Below, piece by piece: positions 9,146 to 16,531 of a DNA stretch of 32,901 nucleotides; the first letter of the stretch is position 1; the number at the start of each line of letters is the position of its first letter. The stretch lies in the IMG/VR virus record IMGVR_UViG_3300032132_000001, positions 362,573-395,473 of that record. The stretch is one strand, 5' to 3'. The notes beneath the pieces are model-generated. The model made no database searches and had not been told where the DNA came from. It saw only the letters and a list, made by a program, of their open reading frames with translations. The stretch is from a virus. The translations under genes and the position numbers were made by a program.

Positions 9146-9364
9146 ATGCACTGTATGAAATGCGCCAAGCACATCAAGACCTGCCACCTATGCGGCTGGT
9201 GTTATGATTGTCACACTGAGCTGAAGCATCTTTATCAGCCTTCGATCGTTCTAGATCCCAACGTGTGCTACACAGCTTCACCTGTGGAAATGCCCATTGA
9301 TTTTGGGAGTTTCACCACTGGTGGGACGGGCTTTCTTCCAGGTCTTGGTGACGCCCTGATCTAA
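9146..9364 (+). CDS. small Cys-rich (zinc-ribbon-like) protein, 72 aa
   Basis: CMKC...CHLCGWCYDCH cluster; strong SD AGGAGA 5 nt upstream. Confidence 0.55.
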   Translation: MHCMKCAKHIKTCHLCGWCYDCHTELKHLYQPSIVLDPNVCYTASPVEMPIDFGSFTTGGTGFLPGLGDALI

Positions 9365-9981
9365 TATTTCGGGGCTAACCCGTGCTTTTCAATTAGGGCG
9401 GCTTCCTGCGGCCAGAGAGTTTTGTGTCTCTCTGGGTTAATGGTGTGGAACATCACATGTTCCGCCATGAACTCCCAGACGTTCCTGGTAGAGTAAGCAG
9501 ATGGGAAGCCTTCATAATGTGCTTTTTCGTCCCATTTGTCGTGCTGGACATCTTCCAGGCCCGCTTCGTCTAGCCGATCAGAAATAACCTCGCACCACTC
9601 ATATAGCTGTTCGCTGGTGATGTTTTCAGAATTAGCGTGAGCTACCTCGTGCCAAAGCACCTGCTTCATCCCGTCCATGTCCATATGCAGAACGTAGATC
9701 ACATTGCTTTTGTATAGGCCGAGGATTCCTGGTTTCAACCTATCTGAGATCACTAACTTATCGATGTGCTTCCATGCGTTGGGGAACCGATCTAGTTGCA
9801 TCGCCAACTGTTTCTTATCGTTGGAAGAGAGTACAACATCCCCTTCTGACTCGATAGGAATGGTATTCTGGACAACGACATAATCCCATTGGCCTTCCAG
9901 TGGAATTCTGCCATATTCCACAGAAGCACATGAAACAGTTGAAATGCAAAGGATCAGTAACAGTGCGCCCCAATTTCTCAT
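9361..9981 (-). CDS. putative secreted/lipoprotein zinc metallopeptidase-like protein (HExxH)
   Basis: N-terminus MRNWGALLLILCISTVSC|A looks like signal peptide with lipobox-like Cys; VLWHEVAHAN contains HExxH zinc-binding motif. Start taken at ATG9981 (track start GTG10005). Confidence 0.5.
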   Translation of the reverse strand: MRNWGALLLILCISTVSCASVEYGRIPLEGQWDYVVVQNTIPIESEGDVVLSSNDKKQLAMQLDRFPNAWKHIDKLVISDRLKPGILGLYKSNVIYVLHMDMDGMKQVLWHEVAHANSENITSEQLYEWCEVISDRLDEAGLEDVQHDKWDEKAHYEGFPSAYSTRNVWEFMAEHVMFHTINPERHKTLWPQEAALIEKHGLAPKY

Positions 9982-10051
9982 AATATATTTTTGAGGGATA
10001 TACACTATGAGATTTAGTAGTAAATAGGAAAACCTACTTTGGAGGTGCGCT

Positions 10052-10408
10052 ATGGGTACAGGATGGTATACCGGACGGTTTCAACCGCTACACGCAGGTC
10101 ACATCAAGTGCATCAGGTATATCCTAGAAAAGGAAGACCGATGCATCGTGATTCTACGGGACACTGATCAGAGCGAGCGAAACCCTTTCGGAGTGGACGA
10201 ACGCAGAACCATGCTAGAGAAGGAGTTCTACCAAGAACTCCAGGATGGTAGAGTGATCGTCATCGACTCTCCAGACCCAGACTGCGACCTGACGGTCTAC
10301 ATCGGACGCCAGGTAGGATACGACCTCATCCAGCTGGATGCGGCTACTGAGGCCATCTCAGCTACAAATATCAGAAAGAAGCTATACGGAGAAGAAGATG
10401 GCAGTTGA
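10052..10408 (+). CDS. nucleotidyltransferase of the (H/T)xGH superfamily, archaeal/NadM-type NMN adenylyltransferase-like (short, 118 aa)
   Basis: GRFQPLHAGH (HxGH motif) , RNPFGVDER, and ISATNIRKKL (ISxTxIR motif) match M. jannaschii NMNAT pattern GRFQPFHKGH/ENPFTAGER/SGTEIRRRM; SD GGAGGTG upstream. Confidence 0.7.
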   Translation: MGTGWYTGRFQPLHAGHIKCIRYILEKEDRCIVILRDTDQSERNPFGVDERRTMLEKEFYQELQDGRVIVIDSPDPDCDLTVYIGRQVGYDLIQLDAATEAISATNIRKKLYGEEDGS

Positions 10409-10664
10409 AATCCGCAGGGCCGTGCTGGACCTAGTTAATGTCGATGCTACCGGTGGTGTGATCGACAAGAATAGTCCCGATACCAAGATCAGGACCATGT
10501 TGAACTTCACTACTGAGTTCCGCGTGTTTGGAACGGGAGGCTCAGCGTCCTCCCCGAACGCAACGGGCGTCAGCGTAGACGATTATCTGGTGGCGGAGGC
10601 TGCGGAGGATTTCCAGCTCGCCCATATGGACCAGAGCCAGATCGTCACCCAAAAGATCACATAA
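10398..10664 (+). CDS. hypothetical protein (88 aa)
   Basis: ATG10398 with GGAGAAGAAG upstream; ATGGCAGTTGA start/stop overlap with preceding gene. Confidence 0.5.
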   Translation: MAVEIRRAVLDLVNVDATGGVIDKNSPDTKIRTMLNFTTEFRVFGTGGSASSPNATGVSVDDYLVAEAAEDFQLAHMDQSQIVTQKIT

Positions 10665-10941
10665 TCTCTGCTAACCAGCTTCGCACCTCCCTCTCTTTTT
10701 CTTCGGAGAGAGGGAGGATCTGCAGAGCGTCAGGCCATTTCCGGTCCATTTTCTTCCGGACATCGATTAGCAATACTATTCTTTCTGTTTCAACATCATA
10801 CCGATAAGAGAAAGCATTCGGGTTGCTTTCAAAATCGGGGTCCACTTCCGGATGCTCTTGAAGTGGACAGATATAGATCTCTTTTACTTCGGTATTAGGA
10901 TCTTCTATTTCTTCGATTTCGCCATAGTATCCATTGGCCAT
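10657..10941 (-). CDS. hypothetical acidic protein (95 aa)
   Basis: ORF downstream of Pol X gene (stop 10959); start taken at first ATG after the Pol X stop. Confidence 0.4.
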   Translation of the reverse strand: MANGYYGEIEEIEDPNTEVKEIYICPLQEHPEVDPDFESNPNAFSYRYDVETERIVLLIDVRKKMDRKWPDALQILPLSEEKEREVRSWLAEIM

Positions 10942-10958
10942 GATGCCATGAAATTCTA

Positions 10959-11831
10959 CTATGACCTTAGGGCTGGAGCAACGTATTCCCGACCTAGAAA
11001 TTGGAATACCTCCTCTTCTTCCCGAAATCGGTGAGCTTCGCCTTCCCGGAAGAGACCGTATTCGTTTAGACACCAACCGTCCTGTTTGATAGACGCACGC
11101 AGTGTCTTGTTGAAGTCTTTGCTCCCGGTCATGTGGAGTAAGGCCGTCCCCCACTGCGAGCGATCGATTATGTTTAATTCTACGCACGCGCCGTCCGTTA
11201 CAATAGCACACTTGCGCTTCCCTTTTTCAACAATCGGCCCAAGGCTGCAGAAAGTGTCGATCGCTTCGGGGCTCTCAATGAGGATGTCTATATCCCCAAC
11301 TGTTTTGGATTCCCGGCGCAAGGAGCCGGCGCACTTCATTTCGAAAGGTAATTGATCGGCTACTTTGGTAAATATACTGTATGCATCATCCCAGCAGATT
11401 CGCTCGGTTGAAATCTGCAGTCTTGCGGATAGAGTGGGGTTATTTATCTTTCCGACTTGGATTAGCTGTAGTAGACCTGTTCTTGTTGTTACTCGGTGCT
11501 TACGGTATAGCTTCTTTGCTGTCTTTATACCTATACCCTTAACACTCATGAGATCCCGCAGATCGCCATGCCTCTTAATCTGCTGGTTTAGTTCTCTCAG
11601 CTCGCCAGTCTCTAGGATCTCTATAATCTTAGCTGAGATCTTCTTCCCAACACCCGGGATATCGGCAAGCGCGACGTCGTCGAGCGGCCGTCGAAGATCC
11701 TCAATGTTCTCTGCAGCCTTCCTATAGGTGCACTGCAGGTATTTGAGGTTTTTGAACTTACTCATTGACAGAGTAAGATACTCCGTATGGGTACGGAGGA
11801 TAGACACCACAAGCGCGTTACTCGGATCCAC
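10959..11831 (-). CDS. DNA polymerase family X (Pol beta-like) minimal polymerase, ~270-290 aa
   Basis: 8-kDa/HhH region YRKAAENIEDL...DIPGVGKKISAKIIEILETGEL; second HhH VKGIGIKTAKKL; catalytic GSLRRESKTVGDIDILI (two Asp), LLHMTGSKDFNKTLRASIKQDGWCLNEYGLF and C-terminal YVAPALRS all match Pol beta/Pol X motifs. Track start is GTG11831; ATG11765 (MSKFKN...) plausible. Confidence 0.8.
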   Translation of the reverse strand: MDPSNALVVSILRTHTEYLTLSMSKFKNLKYLQCTYRKAAENIEDLRRPLDDVALADIPGVGKKISAKIIEILETGELRELNQQIKRHGDLRDLMSVKGIGIKTAKKLYRKHRVTTRTGLLQLIQVGKINNPTLSARLQISTERICWDDAYSIFTKVADQLPFEMKCAGSLRRESKTVGDIDILIESPEAIDTFCSLGPIVEKGKRKCAIVTDGACVELNIIDRSQWGTALLHMTGSKDFNKTLRASIKQDGWCLNEYGLFREGEAHRFREEEEVFQFLGREYVAPALRS

Positions 11832-11893
11832 GTCCTTTTAGATACGGACGGACCGAACGCATGACAGTAAGTGATACAGGACAAAGATAAGTT

Positions 11894-12268
11894 ATGCCAG
11901 ACGACATCGACCAGATTGCCCACTTGATGGAAGACGACATTGACAAGATCCTGTCAGAAGATGAGGATCAAGCTCAGGATGTCCCGGTAGTCCACCAGCC
12001 AGCTGCGGCTGATGCTCCGCTCTTCCACCCCCTCCTTGAAGCTCTTCGGGGCGTAATGGAGAAAGGGGCGACACTCGGCGCTGAGATTACCGAGTATATG
12101 CAAATCGATGATCCACTATTTCTCCAGACTCTCGCGAAACAGGTCTTTGAGAGTGAGATTAGAGAAGATATCGAAGAGCTAAATGAGACTCTCAGTAGCA
12201 TTGAGTCTCGCTGGAACAACATTGTACACACTATTCACGAGTATGCTGAAGTTACTCGACCCGAATAG
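11894..12268 (+). CDS. highly acidic small protein (124 aa, ~27% D/E)
   Basis: MPDDIDQIAHLMEDDIDKILSEDEDQAQD...; divergent from Pol X gene, convergent 17-nt overlap with next gene. Confidence 0.5.
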   Translation: MPDDIDQIAHLMEDDIDKILSEDEDQAQDVPVVHQPAAADAPLFHPLLEALRGVMEKGATLGAEITEYMQIDDPLFLQTLAKQVFESEIREDIEELNETLSSIESRWNNIVHTIHEYAEVTRPE

Positions 12269-12713
12269 GTTCTTCCAGTACAAGTAGCTCATCGTCCCCG
12301 TCGTCCAACCGAGACTGGATAGTCTCGGAGATCCCCCGTCTAATATGGCGAAAATGGCTCTTAATTTGAGTGGAGAATATTTCCATTTCCACTGGCTGTT
12401 CCAGCAGGTAGTGTAGAGATATTCTATTGCGGGGAAGGAAGGAAACCTGGAAGTGCATCATATCCAGCAGGTTTCTGATCAACTTGGCGATGAAGCACTT
12501 TAGCTCTTCGTCGTACACCTTTGTGCGACAATTACGAAGAACTTCGGGTGCTGCAGTAGCTGTGACGAATCGTCCGTTTAGGATGTCGTCCGAGAAGTTC
12601 TCAAGTTCCCACTCCATCAACTTGGAGTGGTCCTGAGCGATATAATCTACGAAAAAGAAAGGATAGGGCTCAATCCTGATTGATCGGACGCTCCACAGTT
12701 CCTTTCTCTTCAT
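12252..12713 (-). CDS. hypothetical protein (153 aa)
   Basis: ORF only. Confidence 0.45.
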   Translation of the reverse strand: MKRKELWSVRSIRIEPYPFFFVDYIAQDHSKLMEWELENFSDDILNGRFVTATAAPEVLRNCRTKVYDEELKCFIAKLIRNLLDMMHFQVSFLPRNRISLHYLLEQPVEMEIFSTQIKSHFRHIRRGISETIQSRLDDGDDELLVLEEPIRVE

Positions 12714-12723
12714 ACATTATATT

Positions 12724-12993
12724 TTATTCTTCCTCGCAGCGCTCGATCCAAGTAGAGCACTTGTAATGGTATGACCATCCTCCCATCCCACCATGCATCC
12801 GTTCAAATTCCACGGTGACCACGATAGAGTCCGTGGAGCGGACGAAATCCACGGTGTCGGAGTGGCCATACTCGTCAATACGGAAGAGGGCCAGAGCTGT
12901 CTGTCTCGCTCTTTCGTACGCCTGCTCGGTTACGCGGGTCGGATCCGAAATGGAGATGGGGAACGTTTCGACGTCGGTGACTTTCTTGCTCAT
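12724..12993 (-). CDS. hypothetical protein (89 aa)
   Basis: ORF; ATGA-type coupling with upstream gene. Confidence 0.4.
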   Translation of the reverse strand: MSKKVTDVETFPISISDPTRVTEQAYERARQTALALFRIDEYGHSDTVDFVRSTDSIVVTVEFERMHGGMGGWSYHYKCSTWIERCEEE

Positions 12994-13448
12994 ACGAGAT
13001 TACACCTTATGCACGCTTCCATGAGCATCTTATCTGCCTCAGTATACTTCCGCAAGCGCATATTCGTTCCGCGATAGTACGCACGGCCACTGCGCTCTTT
13101 CGGAGCTTTGTGATCTACGATCCGGTTGTAGGTCAGATCACCGTCCCAGATCATATAGGCAGACTTTCGAGAAATGTTCCTTCCGTTACCGGAAAGGACC
13201 GCCCCTCTGGTGAAATAGACCTGGAAAAGGAAGAATGGATCATAATCTGGTTTACATATATCATCCTGAGTTGCGGGATAATAGATAAGTCTACCTTTCA
13301 CACCTCTTTCCTGTATCGCTAGACCCATCCAGTGGAGTTCATGGAAAGAGATGGGCCACGACCATGTCTTGTCAGACCGGTGGTGGCCCCACTTTTTAGT
13401 TGGTACAGGTTCCATGGGTACAAAGTCGCTTGGTCTTTTTCTTGTCAT
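12990..13448 (-). CDS. hypothetical protein (152 aa), basic N-terminus, CxxC at C-terminus
   Basis: ORF only. Confidence 0.45.
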   Translation of the reverse strand: MTRKRPSDFVPMEPVPTKKWGHHRSDKTWSWPISFHELHWMGLAIQERGVKGRLIYYPATQDDICKPDYDPFFLFQVYFTRGAVLSGNGRNISRKSAYMIWDGDLTYNRIVDHKAPKERSGRAYYRGTNMRLRKYTEADKMLMEACIRCNLV

Positions 13449-13460
13449 TACATGGCAGGA

Positions 13461-13877
13461 TCACCATGTCCGTCCGATAGTGAGATGATACTTGGTCTTT
13501 GGTGTCTCATCGAGACCAAGCTCTATTCTTATCTCAGCAAGTCGGTCAGAGAAACAGTCAACGAAATAGTAGCTATCAGGTCGGTCCCAGCCGGTCGTAT
13601 CCCCGGCCTGGCGGATCAAATACTTGTATTCGAAGGTTATGATCTCGCCGTCGTGCTTCTTCCACGCTTCAAGATTAGGCGGTTCGATCCCGCGCACAAC
13701 CGAGAGGTGGGCGCCCCACGAGGGTTTGTGGAGCTTTACTTCTTGGTGGATCAAGATTTGGTGGCGGAAATAACGGCAGAGATCCTCACAGGTCTCCAGC
13801 ACAAGCCACCATGGATTATTGGATTTTAGGCCCGGTCGTTCCGGGTTATAGACGAGTTTTCCGCTGCACCGTAACAT
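13461..13877 (-). CDS. 2H phosphoesterase superfamily protein (LigT/CPDase/Acb1-like), 138 aa
   Basis: Two H-x-[ST]-x motifs flanked by hydrophobics: AHLSVVRG (~aa 57) and YHLTIGR (~aa 131), ~74 aa apart, the hallmark of 2H phosphoesterases. Confidence 0.6.
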   Translation of the reverse strand: MLRCSGKLVYNPERPGLKSNNPWWLVLETCEDLCRYFRHQILIHQEVKLHKPSWGAHLSVVRGIEPPNLEAWKKHDGEIITFEYKYLIRQAGDTTGWDRPDSYYFVDCFSDRLAEIRIELGLDETPKTKYHLTIGRTW

Positions 13878-13878
13878 G

Positions 13879-14163
13879 TCATAGTACTTTGTTTAGTAGA
13901 TCCCTGTAAATAGCGTCGTCTTCGATGTGACTGTACTTCAGATCTTTCCCAAGTTCATCCGATTCAGTCCGTCCAACTAGGACAAAAAAGTCGGACTCGA
14001 CGTAATAAATGACACACTCATCGTCCCCCGACTCTTCGGGAACCGGGGTGACGAACATGATAAACTCGATGATCACTCCAGGCTGAGCCCTCTCTTCTGG
14101 CATCAGCCACCTATCCTCCTCATCGATGTTCCCAAACCAGGCCATAGCCTGCAGTTTGGTCAT
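13879..14163 (-). CDS. hypothetical acidic protein (94 aa)
   Basis: ORF; start ATG overlaps stop of upstream small ORF (ATGA). Confidence 0.4.
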   Translation of the reverse strand: MTKLQAMAWFGNIDEEDRWLMPEERAQPGVIIEFIMFVTPVPEESGDDECVIYYVESDFFVLVGRTESDELGKDLKYSHIEDDAIYRDLLNKVL

Positions 14164-14333
14164 TTTATACCTTTAGAGAAGGAGAGGAGGAGCATCTTGG
14201 GAGCTAGGTCGGTAAGTACTGTGCAAGATCTCAGAGTCCACTTATCCTTGCCTAGATCTCTCAAGAGCGTCTCGTATGGTTCCAGCCCTCTCCACTCATG
14301 GAGTACTGCTTTATAATCGATTGCTCTAGACAT
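14160..14333 (-). CDS. small hypothetical protein (57 aa), not in ORF track (<60 aa)
   Basis: ATG 14333-14331 lies 1 nt after TAA of upstream gene; its TGA overlaps ATG of downstream gene (ATGA); fills otherwise 170-nt gap in a tightly packed operon. Translation MSRAIDYKAVLHEWRGLEPYETLLRDLGKDKWTLRSCTVLTDLAPKMLLLSFSKGIK. Confidence 0.4.
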   Translation of the reverse strand: MSRAIDYKAVLHEWRGLEPYETLLRDLGKDKWTLRSCTVLTDLAPKMLLLSFSKGIK

Positions 14334-14334
14334 C

Positions 14335-14757
14335 TTATCCCTTTAGGTATTCTAATGCTCGCCTGTAGTTTCCTTCTGTCATACAGACGACTGGGTCGAT
14401 TTCTACGAAATTGTCCATTTTGTAAAGAGGTAGGTCATCTAGAATAGTATACTTCACGTCTGGATGAAGCTCTAGCCATTCGCAGATATCGGCCTCCCTA
14501 CGTGCGTTGGGAGATAGTTCATATGAAGTCCATTCTTCATGTAGAAGAATCTCTAGATCTATCCCGTTTTTCTGGAACAGATCAATTACTACATCTTTCC
14601 CGCAACCGACCCATGTACTAGAGACGACAACCTTAGCTCCCGATTCCTCGATCAGGCAAAGAAGAGCCGACTTTGCTTCTGGGACGAAGATCTGGCTGCT
14701 TGGATCAGCAGCAGAAATGAGTACTCCGTCGATGTCGAGGAATATTACTTTGTCCAT
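14335..14757 (-). CDS. HAD-superfamily phosphatase (140 aa)
   Basis: Motif I IFLDIDGVL (DxDGV), motif II VVVSSTW, motif IV ILDDL. Start at ATG14757 (TGATG overlap with upstream gene); track ORF starts further upstream. Confidence 0.7.
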   Translation of the reverse strand: MDKVIFLDIDGVLISAADPSSQIFVPEAKSALLCLIEESGAKVVVSSTWVGCGKDVVIDLFQKNGIDLEILLHEEWTSYELSPNARREADICEWLELHPDVKYTILDDLPLYKMDNFVEIDPVVCMTEGNYRRALEYLKG

Positions 14758-15065
14758 CAGATTCCAAAGGTCCAAACCATAGCAGTGGCCCAAGCAAGAG
14801 TGCCAGCCACTATGAAAATGGCGATGATCAATAGCCCGTAAGCGAACAACAACCCCAAGCAGGAGTGCAGGGTCATAGCGAGCGCGAACAACATGCCACG
14901 CCATCCATCGTTCTCAATGGACTTGAGCGACATTTGAAGTAAGCCGAATTCATCGTCTGGGCCTTCTCCCAAAAGCACAGTGCGCCAAGCATCTATCGCT
15001 TTTGGGAGAAGTATGATGTAGCTCACGGCAACCATGAAGACTGCCCAGTCAGCCCAGGTGGTCAC
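14757..15065 (-). CDS. small integral membrane protein (3 predicted TM)
   Basis: Hydrophobic segments AVFMVAVSYIILL, LFALAMTLHSCLGLLFAYGLLIIAIFIVAGTLAWATAMVW. Confidence 0.5.
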   Translation of the reverse strand: MTTWADWAVFMVAVSYIILLPKAIDAWRTVLLGEGPDDEFGLLQMSLKSIENDGWRGMLFALAMTLHSCLGLLFAYGLLIIAIFIVAGTLAWATAMVWTFGI

Positions 15066-15454
15066 TACAGGTTACCTTCCACGTGGTACCTGCACAATGA
15101 TCTAGGACCAGTAGTGGCTTTGTGGATGGTCTCTTCGCAAGAGAGGCACTCCACCTTATATCGTCTCCTCCCTGTATCGCAACCGATCAGAGAAGTGGGG
15201 GTCACCTTGAGTTGATGGCCCTCGATGAGGAACTCTACCATCTCAGGCGGGCCGGCATCGGAATAAATGCCAGTCACATCCGGCCATGGGAAATCGTATG
15301 TGGGTTCCGTCATCTCTTTGACTTTTCTGACCCAAGCTTCGCAGACCGGATGAAACGACTCATCTGGCATGGATACCTGGTCAAGAAGCCCGTCCACCAT
15401 CTTCGCACCCTCTTTCAGAAGTTGAAGAGCTTCATCTAACTCGCTTTGCGGCAT
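15065..15454 (-). CDS. hypothetical protein with C-terminal Cys/His cluster (possible zinc-binding)
   Basis: Start at M17 (TAATG overlap with clpS stop); C-terminal C..C..H..C..C..H. Confidence 0.45.
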   Translation of the reverse strand: MPQSELDEALQLLKEGAKMVDGLLDQVSMPDESFHPVCEAWVRKVKEMTEPTYDFPWPDVTGIYSDAGPPEMVEFLIEGHQLKVTPTSLIGCDTGRRRYKVECLSCEETIHKATTGPRSLCRYHVEGNL

Positions 15455-15786
15455 TATCCGTCTACCTTCTCGATTGATGCGCCCATCGAGCCCTTGCTCC
15501 ACGCGAGACGCCGGTCAGCGCCCCAGGCATGGATCTGGTCCCGCTTCAGTTCGCAGGTTTCTAGCTGTCCACTGTATACCACGGCTTTCCCGTCGTTGTC
15601 CAGAGTCTCCGCCATGCCGTATGCCTTGTCCTCGGTGTGGCCGAAGAGAACGCGCAGCATGTTGATTACGTAGTAGTATGAGTGGTCCTGGTCATCGTAT
15701 AGTACGATAATCCATGGTTTTTGTGTCAGAGTGTCAGTATCAGTGCCGACGTCTTCCACTGTATCAGTCATCGTTGCCATCGTCAT
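15454..15786 (-). CDS. clpS: ClpS-like ATP-dependent Clp protease adaptor
   Basis: KPWIIVLYDDQDHSYYYVINMLRVLFGHTEDKAYGMAETLDNDGKAVVYSGQLETCELK aligns position-by-position with E. coli ClpS core ([29 protein letters not shown]...[21 protein letters not shown]); SD GAGGTGA upstream. Confidence 0.75.
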   Translation of the reverse strand: MTMATMTDTVEDVGTDTDTLTQKPWIIVLYDDQDHSYYYVINMLRVLFGHTEDKAYGMAETLDNDGKAVVYSGQLETCELKRDQIHAWGADRRLAWSKGSMGASIEKVDG

Positions 15787-16531
15787 TAGTCACCTCTATA
15801 TAAGGGCTATCGTGTTGCGTGGAGAAGAAGTAGCAAGTTCCAATTAGGATCTTCATAAGGAAACGGTCGAATTGATCCAAAATCCCAAGCGCCCGGTGGT
15901 GCATTTCATTCACTTCCAGTGTGTCTAGCACATCGGTGATAAACCTACCCCACCAATCTGGAGTTCTTGTGATGTTTAGCACACCGGGCAATCCTGCTAC
16001 CCAACTATTGATTATTGCTTCTTTATCTTTATCGGTCCTGATCTTTTTCATGAACTGGACGCAGTAAGCAACCACGTTCGGTGGCGCATTTTGCGACGCT
16101 TTATCATATACATCTGGATCAAGATGAGTTGTCAGCTCGGCCTTCTCTAGATCGAGGAGTCCGAGATATCTTCTTACGTCTCGTTCAGTGATCTCATCTA
16201 CAAATCCGCCAGGACACAGAGTGAGAACAGTGTTCTCCTTGTCCTCGATTTCGAACTTGCTGAAGAGCCATTCTGTGGAGACGTCAAAGGGGCAGAGGAT
16301 CATTGGAATTTCCAAGATCCTCCTTGCCCCTGATAAGCCTATAGTCTGTACATAGTCGTCCCTAGTGAGCACTACCGAATGGTACTTCTGCTCATTATAC
16401 TCGTAGGACGTCTCGAAGACTGGGGTTACATCGGTGATCTGCTCTAGGAACAGTTCGTTCATGCGAGCAAATTCTTGTTGAAGCTCTTCGGTGGTCTTAG
16501 CTTCTACCGAGTTCTCTTGTTTGCCATCCAT
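15764..16531 (-). CDS. hypothetical protein (~255 aa) downstream of helicase
   Basis: ORF; start taken at first ATG after helicase stop region. Confidence 0.45.
   Translation of the reverse strand: MDGKQENSVEAKTTEELQQEFARMNELFLEQITDVTPVFETSYEYNEQKYHSVVLTRDDYVQTIGLSGARRILEIPMILCPFDVSTEWLFSKFEIEDKENTVLTLCPGGFVDEITERDVRRYLGLLDLEKAELTTHLDPDVYDKASQNAPPNVVAYCVQFMKKIRTDKDKEAIINSWVAGLPGVLNITRTPDWWGRFITDVLDTLEVNEMHHRALGILDQFDRFLMKILIGTCYFFSTQHDSPYIEVTNDDGNDD

Noticed and set aside
12990-13448. HD-domain dATPase (DatZ) candidate near the purZ-like gene
   Set aside because: No H...HD...D metal-binding motif in this or any neighbouring ORF.
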